A DNA stretch of 64,000 bases from a bacterium (GCA_021785355.1 JAJYFR010000004.1:7184-71183); one strand, 5' to 3'; positions 20,385 to 30,438 are shown, numbered from the stretch's first letter. Notes: a model not told the origin generated them from the letters alone. A program made the numbers and translations.

Positions 20385-20462
20385 TATAGACTATAAAGAA
20401 CTCTGTTATATTTATTTTTCAAAAACATTGAAATATAAACAATTTCGGTATAAGATATAAGT

Positions 20463-21089
20463 ATGAAGTTTTATGATATATCTTATACTTTAAGCAATAA
20501 CACCCCTATTTATCCTGGAAATCCAGATTTTAATATAGAGAGATTTTTGGAAATACCAAAAGACCAATCAAATGTTTCTTTAGTTTCCTTTGGAACACAC
20601 ACGGCAACTCATATAGATGCTCCTTTTCATGTGAATAATGAAGGACAGACTATTGATAAAATAAATATTGAGAGATTTTTTGGAAAATGTAATGTTTTAG
20701 ACATTAGTTTTTCTAAAAATAAGATTACAAGAGAAGACTTGGAAAAATATGAAATAAAGAATGATTTTTTGTTAATAAAGACAAATAATTCTAATATAGG
20801 TTTTGATGAGTTTCATGAAGACTTTATATATTTAGATTTGTCAGCAGCAGAATATATAAAAGAAAAAGGGATTAAATTTATAGGAGTTGATGGACCTTCT
20901 GTTAAAAAATTTCATGAAAAAGATTTGATACATGAATTTTTTTTTAAAAACGATATAATTATTGCTGAAAACTTAAAATTAAAAGATGTTTCTGAAGGAG
21001 AATATCTTTTTGTGGGATTTCCTTTAAAAATAGCAGGAGCAGATGCTTCACCTGCTAGAATTATTTTAGTTGAAAATTATTATGAATAA
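20463..21089 (+). CDS. Cyclase/kynurenine-formamidase-family metal hydrolase
   Basis: YPGNP, THTATHIDAPFH, IGVDGPS, IAENL, PLKIAGADASPAR. Confidence 0.9.
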   Translation: MKFYDISYTLSNNTPIYPGNPDFNIERFLEIPKDQSNVSLVSFGTHTATHIDAPFHVNNEGQTIDKINIERFFGKCNVLDISFSKNKITREDLEKYEIKNDFLLIKTNNSNIGFDEFHEDFIYLDLSAAEYIKEKGIKFIGVDGPSVKKFHEKDLIHEFFFKNDIIIAENLKLKDVSEGEYLFVGFPLKIAGADASPARIILVENYYE

Positions 21090-22014
21090 AAAGATTGCTA
21101 TAATTGGTTTAGGTAAAATGGGTTTAAACTTAGGGTTAAATCTAAAGGATAAAAGCATAGATGTTTTTGGTTTTACTGATACACAAGAGGGAATAGATTT
21201 TGCTAGAAAAAGTAATTTTTTAACATTTAATACTATAGATGAAACAATTCAAAACTTTGGAGAAGAGAAAAGAATTTTTTGGCTAATGGTTCCTTCTGGG
21301 GCTGTTGACGACGTTCTATTTTCAGATAAAGAGGGTTTAGTAAATAAGCTTAAAGCAGGAGATATTATTATTGATGGAGGAAATTCTTATTATAAAAAGA
21401 GTATAGAAAGATATAATAAGTTAAAAGAGAGAGGTATAAATTTTTTAGATTGTGGAACTAGTGGAGGTGTAATGGGAGCTAGAAATGGTGCTTGTTTAAT
21501 GATTGGAGGAGATAGAGAAGTTTTTAGTGAAATAGAATGGGTTTTTTCTTCTGTTGCTCAAACTGAAGGTTATAGTTATATAGGGGGAGCTGGAGCTGGA
21601 CACTATGTAAAGATGATTCATAACGCTATAGAATACGGAATGCTTCAGTCTATTGCAGAGGGCGTAAATTTAGCTAAAAATGGAAAATATAAAGAAGTAG
21701 ACATGAACTCACTTCTAAAGGTCTGGAATCACGGAAGTATAGTAGAGTCTTATCTAACTAAGGTCCTAGAAAAACAACTCGAAATATACCCTAATTTAGA
21801 CGAAATAGAGCCTATTGTGGAAGATAACGGAGAAGGTGCGTGGACAATAAATGAAGCAATAGAAGAAAAGATTCCTTTGTCTTCTATATCAATATCTTTA
21901 TTTGAGAGATATTCCTCTAGAGGAAATGATGATTTTGGGAATAAGCTAATTTCTTTAATGAGAAATGGTTTTGGGGGACATGAAATGAAAGAAACTAATA
22001 TTAGTAAAAAATAA
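21082..22014 (+). CDS. gnd: 6-phosphogluconate dehydrogenase (decarboxylating, short type)
   Basis: IGLGKMG, IDGGNS, DCGTSGG, GAGHYVKMIHNAIEYG, MRNGFGGH; ATG at 21082 overlaps the cyclase stop. Confidence 0.95.
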   Translation: MNKKIAIIGLGKMGLNLGLNLKDKSIDVFGFTDTQEGIDFARKSNFLTFNTIDETIQNFGEEKRIFWLMVPSGAVDDVLFSDKEGLVNKLKAGDIIIDGGNSYYKKSIERYNKLKERGINFLDCGTSGGVMGARNGACLMIGGDREVFSEIEWVFSSVAQTEGYSYIGGAGAGHYVKMIHNAIEYGMLQSIAEGVNLAKNGKYKEVDMNSLLKVWNHGSIVESYLTKVLEKQLEIYPNLDEIEPIVEDNGEGAWTINEAIEEKIPLSSISISLFERYSSRGNDDFGNKLISLMRNGFGGHEMKETNISKK

Positions 22015-22016
22015 AT

Positions 22017-22679
22017 ATGAAAATTTTTATAGATAGTGCGAACATAGATGAAATAAAAAAATTAGAAGAATTGGGAGTTATTGATGGTATTACAACTAAC
22101 CCAACACTTGCATCGGTTACTGGGAAAAATTTCAAAGAGTTAATAAAAGAGATTTTTGAAACTCTTTCTTCTGATAAAATTATAAACTTAGAAGTTATTG
22201 CTACAGATTATGATAATATTTTAATACAAGCAAGGGCTTTATCTGCTTTAGATAAAAGAGTTGTAGTTAAAATTCCTTGCATACCAGAGGGTTTAAAAGC
22301 ATGTAAAGTTTTAACAGCAGAAGGTATTAGAATTAATATAACTTTAGTATTTTCTCCTCTGCAGGCTCTGTTATGTGCAAATGCAGGGGCTTTTTTTGTA
22401 TCTCCTTTTGTAGGAAGACTAGATGATATTTCTATGGATGGAGTAGAAGTTGTAAAAGAGATAGTTGAGATATATAAGAAATATAATTACAAGACACAAG
22501 TACTCTTTGCTTCTGTACGTTCAGTTGAACATATAAGAGTAGCTGCTTTAGCAGGTGTTGATGTAATAACATCACCTTATGAATTTATTATGGACATGTA
22601 TAAACATCCTTTAACTGATAAAGGGTTAGAAAAATTTTTATCTGATTGGAATAATGCAGGGGAGGAGTTTATAGTATGA
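22017..22679 (+). CDS. tal: Transaldolase / fructose-6-phosphate aldolase family
   Basis: IFIDSAN, GITTNPT, VVKIP, NITLVFS, VSPFVGRLDD, HPLTDKG. Confidence 0.9.
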   Translation: MKIFIDSANIDEIKKLEELGVIDGITTNPTLASVTGKNFKELIKEIFETLSSDKIINLEVIATDYDNILIQARALSALDKRVVVKIPCIPEGLKACKVLTAEGIRINITLVFSPLQALLCANAGAFFVSPFVGRLDDISMDGVEVVKEIVEIYKKYNYKTQVLFASVRSVEHIRVAALAGVDVITSPYEFIMDMYKHPLTDKGLEKFLSDWNNAGEEFIV

Positions 22680-23104
22680 GTATATATATATCTTCTGACC
22701 ACAGAGGTTTTGATTTAAAAACTGAGATAGTAAAATATTTGGAATCTTTTAAGCTTATAGATTTGGGTCCAGAAAAATATAATAAAGATGATGATTATCC
22801 TTTGTTTGCACATTTATTAGCAAATAAAGTGTCAGAAAATGTAGATAATAGAGGAATACTTATTTGTGATACAGGTATAGGGATGGATATTACAGCTAAT
22901 AAACATAAAGGTATTAGAGCGGCAATATGTATAGATGAATTTTTTGCATACAGAGCAAGATTACATAATAATGCAAATGTATTAGTTTTATCTGCTGAAT
23001 ATAACAAGGATAATTATAAAGGAGTTATAGATAAATTTTTTTCAACAGATTTTTCTTCAGAAGAAAGACATAAAAGAAGAGTAGATGAAATAGATATATT
23101 ATGA
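22676..23104 (+). CDS. rpiB: Ribose-5-phosphate isomerase B
   Basis: SDHRG, DDYP, GILICDTGIG, ANKHKGIRA, ARLHNNAN, RHKRR. Confidence 0.93.
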   Translation: MSIYISSDHRGFDLKTEIVKYLESFKLIDLGPEKYNKDDDYPLFAHLLANKVSENVDNRGILICDTGIGMDITANKHKGIRAAICIDEFFAYRARLHNNANVLVLSAEYNKDNYKGVIDKFFSTDFSSEERHKRRVDEIDIL

Positions 23105-23703
23105 TACTTCCTGCTATATTAGAACAAGATAGAGAATCTTTTGAAATAAGCTTAAATAAAGTAAAAGATGATTTTAATTATATACATGTAGATATTCTCG
23201 ATTCCAGTTTAGTTCCGGAAAAGAGTCTTCCTTTAAAAGATATAAAAATAGAAGAAGGAATTCAGTATGAGTTTCATCTTATGGTGGAAAAACCTTCTTT
23301 ATATATTCAAGAATTAGAAAAACTTAATCCTTTTAGAGTAATAATACATCAAGAATCTAAAGAAATTTTAAATGAATACCCTTTATTTATAGAAAAATTT
23401 AATACATTTTTAGGTATAGATCTAGATACAAATATTAATAAGGACCTTTCAAAATATTTTGAAGGCTGTCTTTTAATGTCTGTAAAGATGGGAAAAAGTG
23501 GAAGATTATTCGACGAGAGAGTTTTAAAAAAGATAAAAGAAGCCTCTTCTTATTTTGATTTAATAGAAGTAGATGGAGGTATAAATAAAAACAATGTTGT
23601 TTTATGTAAGTCCTTTGGCGCAAGTATTTTTGCTATTCATTCAGGTATTTATGAAGGTGATCTGAAAAAGAATATTGAAACTCTAAAAACTTTAGTTGAA
23701 TAA
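23101..23703 (+). CDS. rpe: Ribulose-phosphate 3-epimerase
   Basis: IHVDILD, FHLMV, LLMSV, IEVDGGI. Confidence 0.88.
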   Translation: MILPAILEQDRESFEISLNKVKDDFNYIHVDILDSSLVPEKSLPLKDIKIEEGIQYEFHLMVEKPSLYIQELEKLNPFRVIIHQESKEILNEYPLFIEKFNTFLGIDLDTNINKDLSKYFEGCLLMSVKMGKSGRLFDERVLKKIKEASSYFDLIEVDGGINKNNVVLCKSFGASIFAIHSGIYEGDLKKNIETLKTLVE

Positions 23704-23791
23704 TATTCTCTATTTATTTGAATAGGAGTGTTTTTTATAAAACAAATCTTTTCTGATTGAAAAATTTTTACTAAAAGTATAGCATATTAAT

Positions 23792-24043
23792 ATGTATTAT
23801 AATTCTTGTGGATATAATTTTCTGACTCCTATAGAAGGAATTTTTATCTTGTTTGGGTGGATTATATTTGTTGTTTTTATAATAATGATATTTAGATATA
23901 TAAAAGGTGGTCATAAATCTTTGTATCATCACAGTATATTTAGTACAAAAGAAGATCCTATAGATATATTAAAAGTAAGGTATGCTAAAGGAGAAATTAC
24001 AAAAGAAGAATATCTTGATATTATAAAAATATTAGAGAAATGA
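23792..24043 (+). CDS. SHOCT-domain small membrane protein
   Basis: One TM plus DPIDILKVRYAKGEITKEEY. Confidence 0.85.
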   Translation: MYYNSCGYNFLTPIEGIFILFGWIIFVVFIIMIFRYIKGGHKSLYHHSIFSTKEDPIDILKVRYAKGEITKEEYLDIIKILEK

Positions 24044-24330
24044 TGCCTGCAAGAGATATAAATAATAAAATAATTTTTGGTGTATGTGCTGGATTATCTG
24101 AGTATTACAATGTTGATGTTGTAATTATGAGAGTTATATTTCTTATAGGTTTTCTATTCATGGGGATTACACTTGTCATATATTTAATTTTAGCTTTAAT
24201 TATGCCCATAGATACCTCTGTTAATTTTAAAAATGAAAAATCTCCACTTCAAATATTAAAAGAAAGGCTAGCTCGAGGGGAAATAACAAAAGAGCAATTT
24301 AAAGAGATGAAAGAGATATTAGATTCTTAA
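24040..24330 (+). CDS. PspC-domain + SHOCT-domain membrane protein
   Basis: IIFGVCAGLSEYYNVDVVIMR...YLILALIMP (PspC) plus ILKERLARGEITKEQF (SHOCT). Confidence 0.85.
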   Translation: MMPARDINNKIIFGVCAGLSEYYNVDVVIMRVIFLIGFLFMGITLVIYLILALIMPIDTSVNFKNEKSPLQILKERLARGEITKEQFKEMKEILDS

Positions 24331-24461
24331 CAAAGATAGATATTTCGTAGTTTTGTGAATAATGTATATGTGTTCTTTACAAAAACTATAAGATATTTAT
24401 AAGGTTGTATCTATTTTCATTCTAGCTTGTAAGATTAATTAGAGAGGTATTATTAAATAGA

Positions 24462-25520
24462 TTAACTGTTAAAAGCTAAATTAGAAGGGTTTATACTCAT
24501 TTTTTTGCAATTTTCTTTTAGAAAATACTTAAATAATTGTTTTGTATTTAAGCTCCTTTCTCCCATAACATGAATATTTTTTTTAGCAAGAAGTACTTCT
24601 TGTGCGGTTTTTTCTAGAAGTTCAGCTCTACTAGAGGTAAGTGAATATCCAGGATCAAGAGGTTCATCACCGATAGAAATACCTTCTGCAACAGGTTGCG
24701 GTATTTTTGACACCATTCTACCTTTAAAATATTCGGGATTTTTTCTTGCAATATCTAATGTAAATGAGAGTACTTTGTTGAAATCTTTTTCACTTGTAAA
24801 AACAATAATACCGTCCCCTCTACACTCAGATCTATCTAGATCTTTTAAGTTACTAAATTCTATATAGCGTTGCCATATTTTAGTTTGGAGGGAAAGTCCT
24901 TTTTCATTAGACATCTTTAATATTTCGCTAAAAATTTGAGAAGCAAACATTGGGTCTGGATTTAAATAAATTCTCTGACTTTTTGGTCTATCTGTATGAC
25001 TTAATTTTTCTTTTACTCTTTCGTCTGAATACCCCATGATAAATCCTCCTATTAATTGACTTTGAATTTTAAGGTTAAATCTGAATTCAGGGTCTGATCT
25101 TCCATTTATATTTAAAGGGTCTCTATTATTTATATTTAATCCTGTATATTCTAAGTTAGGAGGAGCTCCTTCCATAAAATTTTTTCTAAAAAATTTAGAA
25201 GTTTTTCTTTTTATACTATCTTGAGTTTCTAGAGGCATGGCATTTGAAAATATAATATGTAAGTTTTTAAAAATATCATGCTCAGATTGAAGTAATTGCT
25301 TCATTTTATAAGGATCATTTATAATATCTCTATCTTTATCTGTTATATCAACATTATCTAAATAATTTTTTAAAAATGGATGTTCTTTTCTTCTATAACC
25401 TAAGGCTACTTCAATAACAGTATCACCTAAATCTCTTTTATGATTTTTTGCACTTTCATATGATTCAAATGCTATCAACAAATCATTCTCTCTATTTTGA
25501 TTTTCTAAAATTTCTGTCAT
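24462..25520 (-). CDS. HopA1-family-like protein (putative effector)
   Basis: RIYLNP...LQTK...RGDGIIVF...P...EGISIGDEP...SLTSSRA resembles the HopA1-domain motif order. Confidence 0.55.
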   Translation of the reverse strand: MTEILENQNRENDLLIAFESYESAKNHKRDLGDTVIEVALGYRRKEHPFLKNYLDNVDITDKDRDIINDPYKMKQLLQSEHDIFKNLHIIFSNAMPLETQDSIKRKTSKFFRKNFMEGAPPNLEYTGLNINNRDPLNINGRSDPEFRFNLKIQSQLIGGFIMGYSDERVKEKLSHTDRPKSQRIYLNPDPMFASQIFSEILKMSNEKGLSLQTKIWQRYIEFSNLKDLDRSECRGDGIIVFTSEKDFNKVLSFTLDIARKNPEYFKGRMVSKIPQPVAEGISIGDEPLDPGYSLTSSRAELLEKTAQEVLLAKKNIHVMGERSLNTKQLFKYFLKENCKKMSINPSNLAFNS

Positions 25521-25690
25521 ATTATTCTTAATAAATAATAAATATGATAATATACTATCCTATAGAAAAATTCAAGATGTAGTAATTTAAGGTTTAAATA
25601 TTAACTAAAGAGTGTAAGTTTTTTATATATTGAGTTTTTTTAAATTAAATATGATTTTCAAAATCCCTATAGTTTATTATGTGAAAAATT

Positions 25691-27085
25691 TTATGAAATC
25701 CAATATCTATTATCTTTTTTTAGAAACATATCTCTTTCTGTGGGGCCTAAAGATCCTTTTTTATACAATATAGGCTTTTTGTTTTTTATATCGGTTTTAA
25801 TTTTATCTACAAGTATCCAAGAACTTTCTATTTCATCTGAACGGGTAAAATTAATTTGATTTCCTTCAATACAGTCTATCAATAGTTTTTCATATTCACT
25901 TTTAACTTCTCCGAAATAATCTGAAAAGTTATAAAGCATATTTATATTAGAGACTTCATAGTCATATATAGAAGGGATTTTTGCAAGCATTGTAAGCCCT
26001 ATTCCTAAAGCAGGTTGAATTAAAAATTTTAAAACATTATGTCCATTTTTTTTAAATAAATTATTATTTCCTTTTTTAAATACTACAGATATCTCTGTTT
26101 TCTTTTCTTTTAGAAATTTCCCAGTTTCTATATAGATAGGAACATTTCTCCATCTTGAATTTTTGATTTCTAATTTTAGAGCTATATAAGTTTCTGTTAA
26201 AGAATCTGGAGATACATTATTTTCTTCTTTATAACCTATATATTGTCCTTTTATAACATCAGAAAAAGTAAGCTTTTTTAATATATTATTTTTTTCTTTT
26301 CTTATATATTTTTCTTCAAAAAGATAAGGAGTATCCATAGTAAGGACTGATAACATTTGAAGTATATGATTTTGAAATACATCTACTAAAGCTCCTGTTT
26401 GTTCATAAAAAAAACCTCTTGTCTCTATTCCTATATCTTCACTAACTTTTATTTGAATATTATCTATATAATTATTATTCCATAGGTTTTCAAATATATT
26501 ATTTGCGAATCTAAATGAGAATATATTCTGAATAGGTTCTTTCCCTAAATAATGATCTATTCTAAATATTTGATTTTCACTAAAACCAGAGAGTAATGTT
26601 TTATTTAGAGATTTGGATGTTTTTAAATTTTCTCCAAAAGGTTTTTCTAAAACAATTCTAATAAAATTGTTATGATTACTGCAAGGTTTATTTAAACCAA
26701 CTTCTTCTATATTCAAAATAACTGCTTCATATAAAGAAGGTGGGATAGCAAGGTAAAGTATTTTGGAACTACATGTTTTGTCTAACCTAATTTTTAATTT
26801 TTCTAAATCTTCTTTTTTTAAAAAATCACATACAAAATATTCAATTTTAGAATAAAACTGTTCTCTATTTTCTTTATCTATAGTATCATTAAATCTTTGA
26901 GTAAAATCTGAAGTAGTCTCCTCATTTCTTCCTAAAGCAAGTATGTTAAATTTATCTTTATACTTAAAGTCTTTAAAAAGATTAGAGATAGAAGGAAAGA
27001 GTTTTTTATGAGCCAGATCTCCTGTTGCTCCAAATATAATGATCTCTATATTTTTATTAAGGACTTTATTGCAATTATCTTTCAT
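25691..27085 (-). CDS. zwf: Glucose-6-phosphate 1-dehydrogenase
   Basis: IFGATGDLAHKKLFP, LEKPFG, RIDHYLGKE, DVFQNHILQ, RWRNVP. Confidence 0.97.
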   Translation of the reverse strand: MKDNCNKVLNKNIEIIIFGATGDLAHKKLFPSISNLFKDFKYKDKFNILALGRNEETTSDFTQRFNDTIDKENREQFYSKIEYFVCDFLKKEDLEKLKIRLDKTCSSKILYLAIPPSLYEAVILNIEEVGLNKPCSNHNNFIRIVLEKPFGENLKTSKSLNKTLLSGFSENQIFRIDHYLGKEPIQNIFSFRFANNIFENLWNNNYIDNIQIKVSEDIGIETRGFFYEQTGALVDVFQNHILQMLSVLTMDTPYLFEEKYIRKEKNNILKKLTFSDVIKGQYIGYKEENNVSPDSLTETYIALKLEIKNSRWRNVPIYIETGKFLKEKKTEISVVFKKGNNNLFKKNGHNVLKFLIQPALGIGLTMLAKIPSIYDYEVSNINMLYNFSDYFGEVKSEYEKLLIDCIEGNQINFTRSDEIESSWILVDKIKTDIKNKKPILYKKGSLGPTERDMFLKKDNRYWIS

Positions 27086-28376
27086 CTATATATTTACTTA
27101 AGTGTTTTTTTTGTTCTTCGAACCCTTTTTTCCCTAACAGAGCATACATATATTCTTTACCCTTTTCTACTCCTGGCTGATCGAAAGTGTCTATATTAAG
27201 CATTTCTCCTAAATAAGCTGTAGATAATTCAAAAAAATAAAAAAGAGCTCCTATATTAAATTCATCAATTTTATCTATATGTATGGTGCCGTGAGATCTA
27301 TTATTTTCTTTCAAAGAGATACTTGTTGCTAAGAACTCTTTTTTTATAAGATCTTCAAATTTAAGCCCATTTAAATATTTAACATTTTCTATTTCTGTAT
27401 TTATTTTTATATCACTTTCAAAATCTGAAGGAATAATGAAGGTTATTATTTTATCATTAGGACCTTCGTTATAGAGTTGTATTTGAGAGTGTTGATCTGT
27501 AGATCCTAAAGATGCTATTGGTGTTATTCCTGCAAAAATATTTTTTCCTTGTTTTGAAACTTTTTTCCCTAAACTTTCTGCTACTAACTGTCTGTACCAA
27601 AAACCAAAACGTTCAAGTTTTTTTGAATAAGGCATTAATATTGAAATATTTTTATTAAAATTTTTATAACTTAGATACTGAAGTTCTGCAAACATTAAAA
27701 CTTCATTACTAAAAGGATCTTCACTGTTAGTAATCTTATCAATATAAACAGCTCCTTCTAGAAATTTATCAATATCAAGGCCCATGACTGCTGCAGTAAG
27801 AAGTCCTATTATAGATAAAACAGAGAATCTATCTCCAACACTTGCATCTCCTTCTAAAATATCAATACCATAATTTTTTGCCAAACTCTCTAATGTAGTA
27901 TTTTTTGTGGACGTAGTAATTACTATGTGATCAGATACCTTTTCTTTTTTATTTTCGATAACTTCTGTAATGTATAGAAAATTAGCTATAATTTCTATTG
28001 TTTCTCCTGATTTTGAAATGACATTAAATAAAGTATCTTTAATATCTATTTTTTTAAAAAAATCTTCTATTTCATTGGGGTCAGTATTAGCTCCTATAAA
28101 TAGAACATTTACTCCACTAATAGATTTAAAAGATTGCTGTATTGTTCTAGAACCTAAATCGGATCCTCCTATTCCAACTACAACATAATTTTTATATTTA
28201 GAAATTATGTTTTTAGCAATAGATTTTATATTTTCAGTATCATTAAAAATGAGATTTCTAAATGTTAATAAATTTTTATCAAAAAGAGAATTTTTAAAGA
28301 GAAATAGATCTTCTTTTTTTATAGACAATTCTCCTATTTGAGGAGAAAACATATTGGTAGAATCATATTTTAACAT
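27075..28376 (-). CDS. pgi: Glucose-6-phosphate isomerase
   Basis: VGIGGSDLG, ISKSGET, DRFSVLS, QLVAESLGK, DQHSQIQLY, FDQPGVEKGK. Confidence 0.96.
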   Translation of the reverse strand: MLKYDSTNMFSPQIGELSIKKEDLFLFKNSLFDKNLLTFRNLIFNDTENIKSIAKNIISKYKNYVVVGIGGSDLGSRTIQQSFKSISGVNVLFIGANTDPNEIEDFFKKIDIKDTLFNVISKSGETIEIIANFLYITEVIENKKEKVSDHIVITTSTKNTTLESLAKNYGIDILEGDASVGDRFSVLSIIGLLTAAVMGLDIDKFLEGAVYIDKITNSEDPFSNEVLMFAELQYLSYKNFNKNISILMPYSKKLERFGFWYRQLVAESLGKKVSKQGKNIFAGITPIASLGSTDQHSQIQLYNEGPNDKIITFIIPSDFESDIKINTEIENVKYLNGLKFEDLIKKEFLATSISLKENNRSHGTIHIDKIDEFNIGALFYFFELSTAYLGEMLNIDTFDQPGVEKGKEYMYALLGKKGFEEQKKHLSKYIDER

Positions 28377-28471
28377 AGAAAAACAAATGTAATATATTAA
28401 TTTATTATACTATTAAATAGAACTTAATAAAACCATTGATAGTCTTATAGTTTTAATATATAATACGGGTT

Positions 28472-29095
28472 ATGTATTTTGAAAGATCTAATTCACAAGA
28501 AGAGTTGTTGTTTTTAAAAAGTGCAGAAGATTTATTGGCAAGAAGAGTCGGTTTTTTAGAAACAGATTTTGAAGGTATTTTTTCTAATTTTTCTGAAAAC
28601 TCTGAATTAATAATTGACACAGAAGAGGTATCTACCCATATAAGTAGTGTTGCCTACGATAAAATCAAAGTTAGAAGAATATCCTTTACAGATTTATTTG
28701 GTCAAAAAATAAGTATAGGAAAAATAGATTATTTGGATAAGCGGAAAAAACAACCTTTACTAGTTGAATATAGTATGTTGGACAATGTTTTAGATGAAAA
28801 TATGCAAAGCTTAGGAATGGATGTAAATGTAAGAATGCAAGGAAGTAAAAAATATAGTTATACTTCTAGTGAAATTGAGAAAGATGGTGAGTTTTATATC
28901 TTCAACCATTCTAAAGAAAAATTTATAAATACAATAGGAAGAAGCGATATAAGGAGGGAAAGAATTTCTGATAAATTTGAGATAATTGAAGTTTGTGAAA
29001 AAAATATATTAAATTTGAAAAAAAACCTTGAGAAAAGAAACGTTAATTCTAAAATTTCTTTTAGAAAAATAACAAATGGAAAGCCAAGAAAATAG
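28472..29095 (+). CDS. Hypothetical protein
   Basis: 207-aa ORF preceded by TTGATA-N17-TATAAT-N7-ATG. Confidence 0.7.
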   Translation: MYFERSNSQEELLFLKSAEDLLARRVGFLETDFEGIFSNFSENSELIIDTEEVSTHISSVAYDKIKVRRISFTDLFGQKISIGKIDYLDKRKKQPLLVEYSMLDNVLDENMQSLGMDVNVRMQGSKKYSYTSSEIEKDGEFYIFNHSKEKFINTIGRSDIRRERISDKFEIIEVCEKNILNLKKNLEKRNVNSKISFRKITNGKPRK

Positions 29096-29522
29096 AAATT
29101 ATTTAGAAAATGAGAAAGAAAGCGTAATAAGAGAATATAAAGATGTTTCTTCTAAATTTACTTCTTTTATTAATAATTTTGAAGGCAAAAATTCAACTTT
29201 TTATCTAGAAAATAGAAATCAAGAGTTAAGTTTTTTTGACCATCAAAATATTTTAGCATTACAAGTTTTTTCTCAAATATCAGGAAATATAACAACTTTT
29301 TTAGTAGAATCAGAGAATAATTTTTTTGAAATTTACATAACAAGGCTTTTAGAAAACGAAACATTTATTTATTTTTCAATAAATGAGAGGGGGAAGTTAG
29401 AAATGGTAATAGAAAGTCCAAAGGTCAAAGTAACAAGGTCTACTTTAAAAAAAACAGATATTAATCTTATAAGAAGTGCCTTAGGGTTTTTTTTAGAGAT
29501 AAAAAGAAGTATAGAGAAGTAA
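29076..29522 (+). CDS. Hypothetical protein
   Basis: 148-aa ORF overlapping the upstream gene. Confidence 0.65.
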   Translation: MESQENRNYLENEKESVIREYKDVSSKFTSFINNFEGKNSTFYLENRNQELSFFDHQNILALQVFSQISGNITTFLVESENNFFEIYITRLLENETFIYFSINERGKLEMVIESPKVKVTRSTLKKTDINLIRSALGFFLEIKRSIEK

Positions 29523-29568
29523 TTATATAAATTATAATGTTTATATAAAACTAAGAATACATTTTATT

Positions 29569-30438
29569 TCAATAAAGTTTTAATGTTAATAACGTGCCTG
29601 TACTAGATATTGTAGCTAAAGCTACTAAGTTATTATTATTGGTATTATAAAACATAACATCATAAAAGATTCCTAATTTTTTAGAATTGTTCACTTGTAC
29701 AGTATATTGTTGTGCATAAAAAGATTTATTTGAAATAGTTATATTATTTGCAGTAGATGAAGGGTTTGAATAATTAGTATTGTTATATATTATTGGTCCA
29801 TTTTTATGAGGAGTTACAAAAGAAGGAAAATTCTTAGCTTCAGATAAAGGTAGAATAGTATTATATGGTAATTGTGAAAAATTAAATGGAATTACAAAAT
29901 TAGTAAAATTATTTACAATAACAGGTTTATCGTATGATTGATTTGTAGTAGGAGAGGTATATGGGCCAGAGCCTGATCCATAATACACTAGAAAATCTTT
30001 AGTACAACCGGATGCATATATGTATGCTCCGTGAGGATTTGGTCCTGCAGTTATTCCTTCAAATACAATAGATGTTATAAGATATGCATCACTCTCCCAG
30101 TTTTTTGAAGCAGTATTTTGGTCTTGTAGTAATGTATTTTGTGAAGGTTGATTGGGATATAAGTTTATTGGAAACATAGCTGAAGTAGCTGTTCCTTCAG
30201 TTTTACAAGTATTATTACTATTTAAATTTTTTGTGGTAGAGGTTTTTATTTTTTGTATGTTAGTCGATTGTTTAGAGGAGTTATTTGTGCTCTTATTATT
30301 TACAAAGAATAAATAAAGAATTAATAATAACAACAGTGCTATTATTACTATAAGAGAAGTAACTAATAATGTTGGAAATTTAGAATTTGTTTTTTCAACA
30401 TTATTTTGAGGTTGTATATCTTGTACATTTTCTTCCAT
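29569..30438 (-). CDS. Membrane-anchored extracellular hypothetical protein
   Basis: N-terminal TM, then an N/T/S-rich ectodomain with 2 Cys. Confidence 0.75.
   Translation of the reverse strand: MEENVQDIQPQNNVEKTNSKFPTLLVTSLIVIIALLLLLILYLFFVNNKSTNNSSKQSTNIQKIKTSTTKNLNSNNTCKTEGTATSAMFPINLYPNQPSQNTLLQDQNTASKNWESDAYLITSIVFEGITAGPNPHGAYIYASGCTKDFLVYYGSGSGPYTSPTTNQSYDKPVIVNNFTNFVIPFNFSQLPYNTILPLSEAKNFPSFVTPHKNGPIIYNNTNYSNPSSTANNITISNKSFYAQQYTVQVNNSKKLGIFYDVMFYNTNNNNLVALATISSTGTLLTLKLY

Noticed and set aside
24352-24379. dif-like sequence TTTGTGAATAA-TGTATA-TGTGTTCTTTA (also contains a DnaA-box match and an imperfect hairpin)
   Set aside because: The XerD arm is poor and the site is only ~14 kb from oriC; more likely a chance match or a terminator between convergent genes
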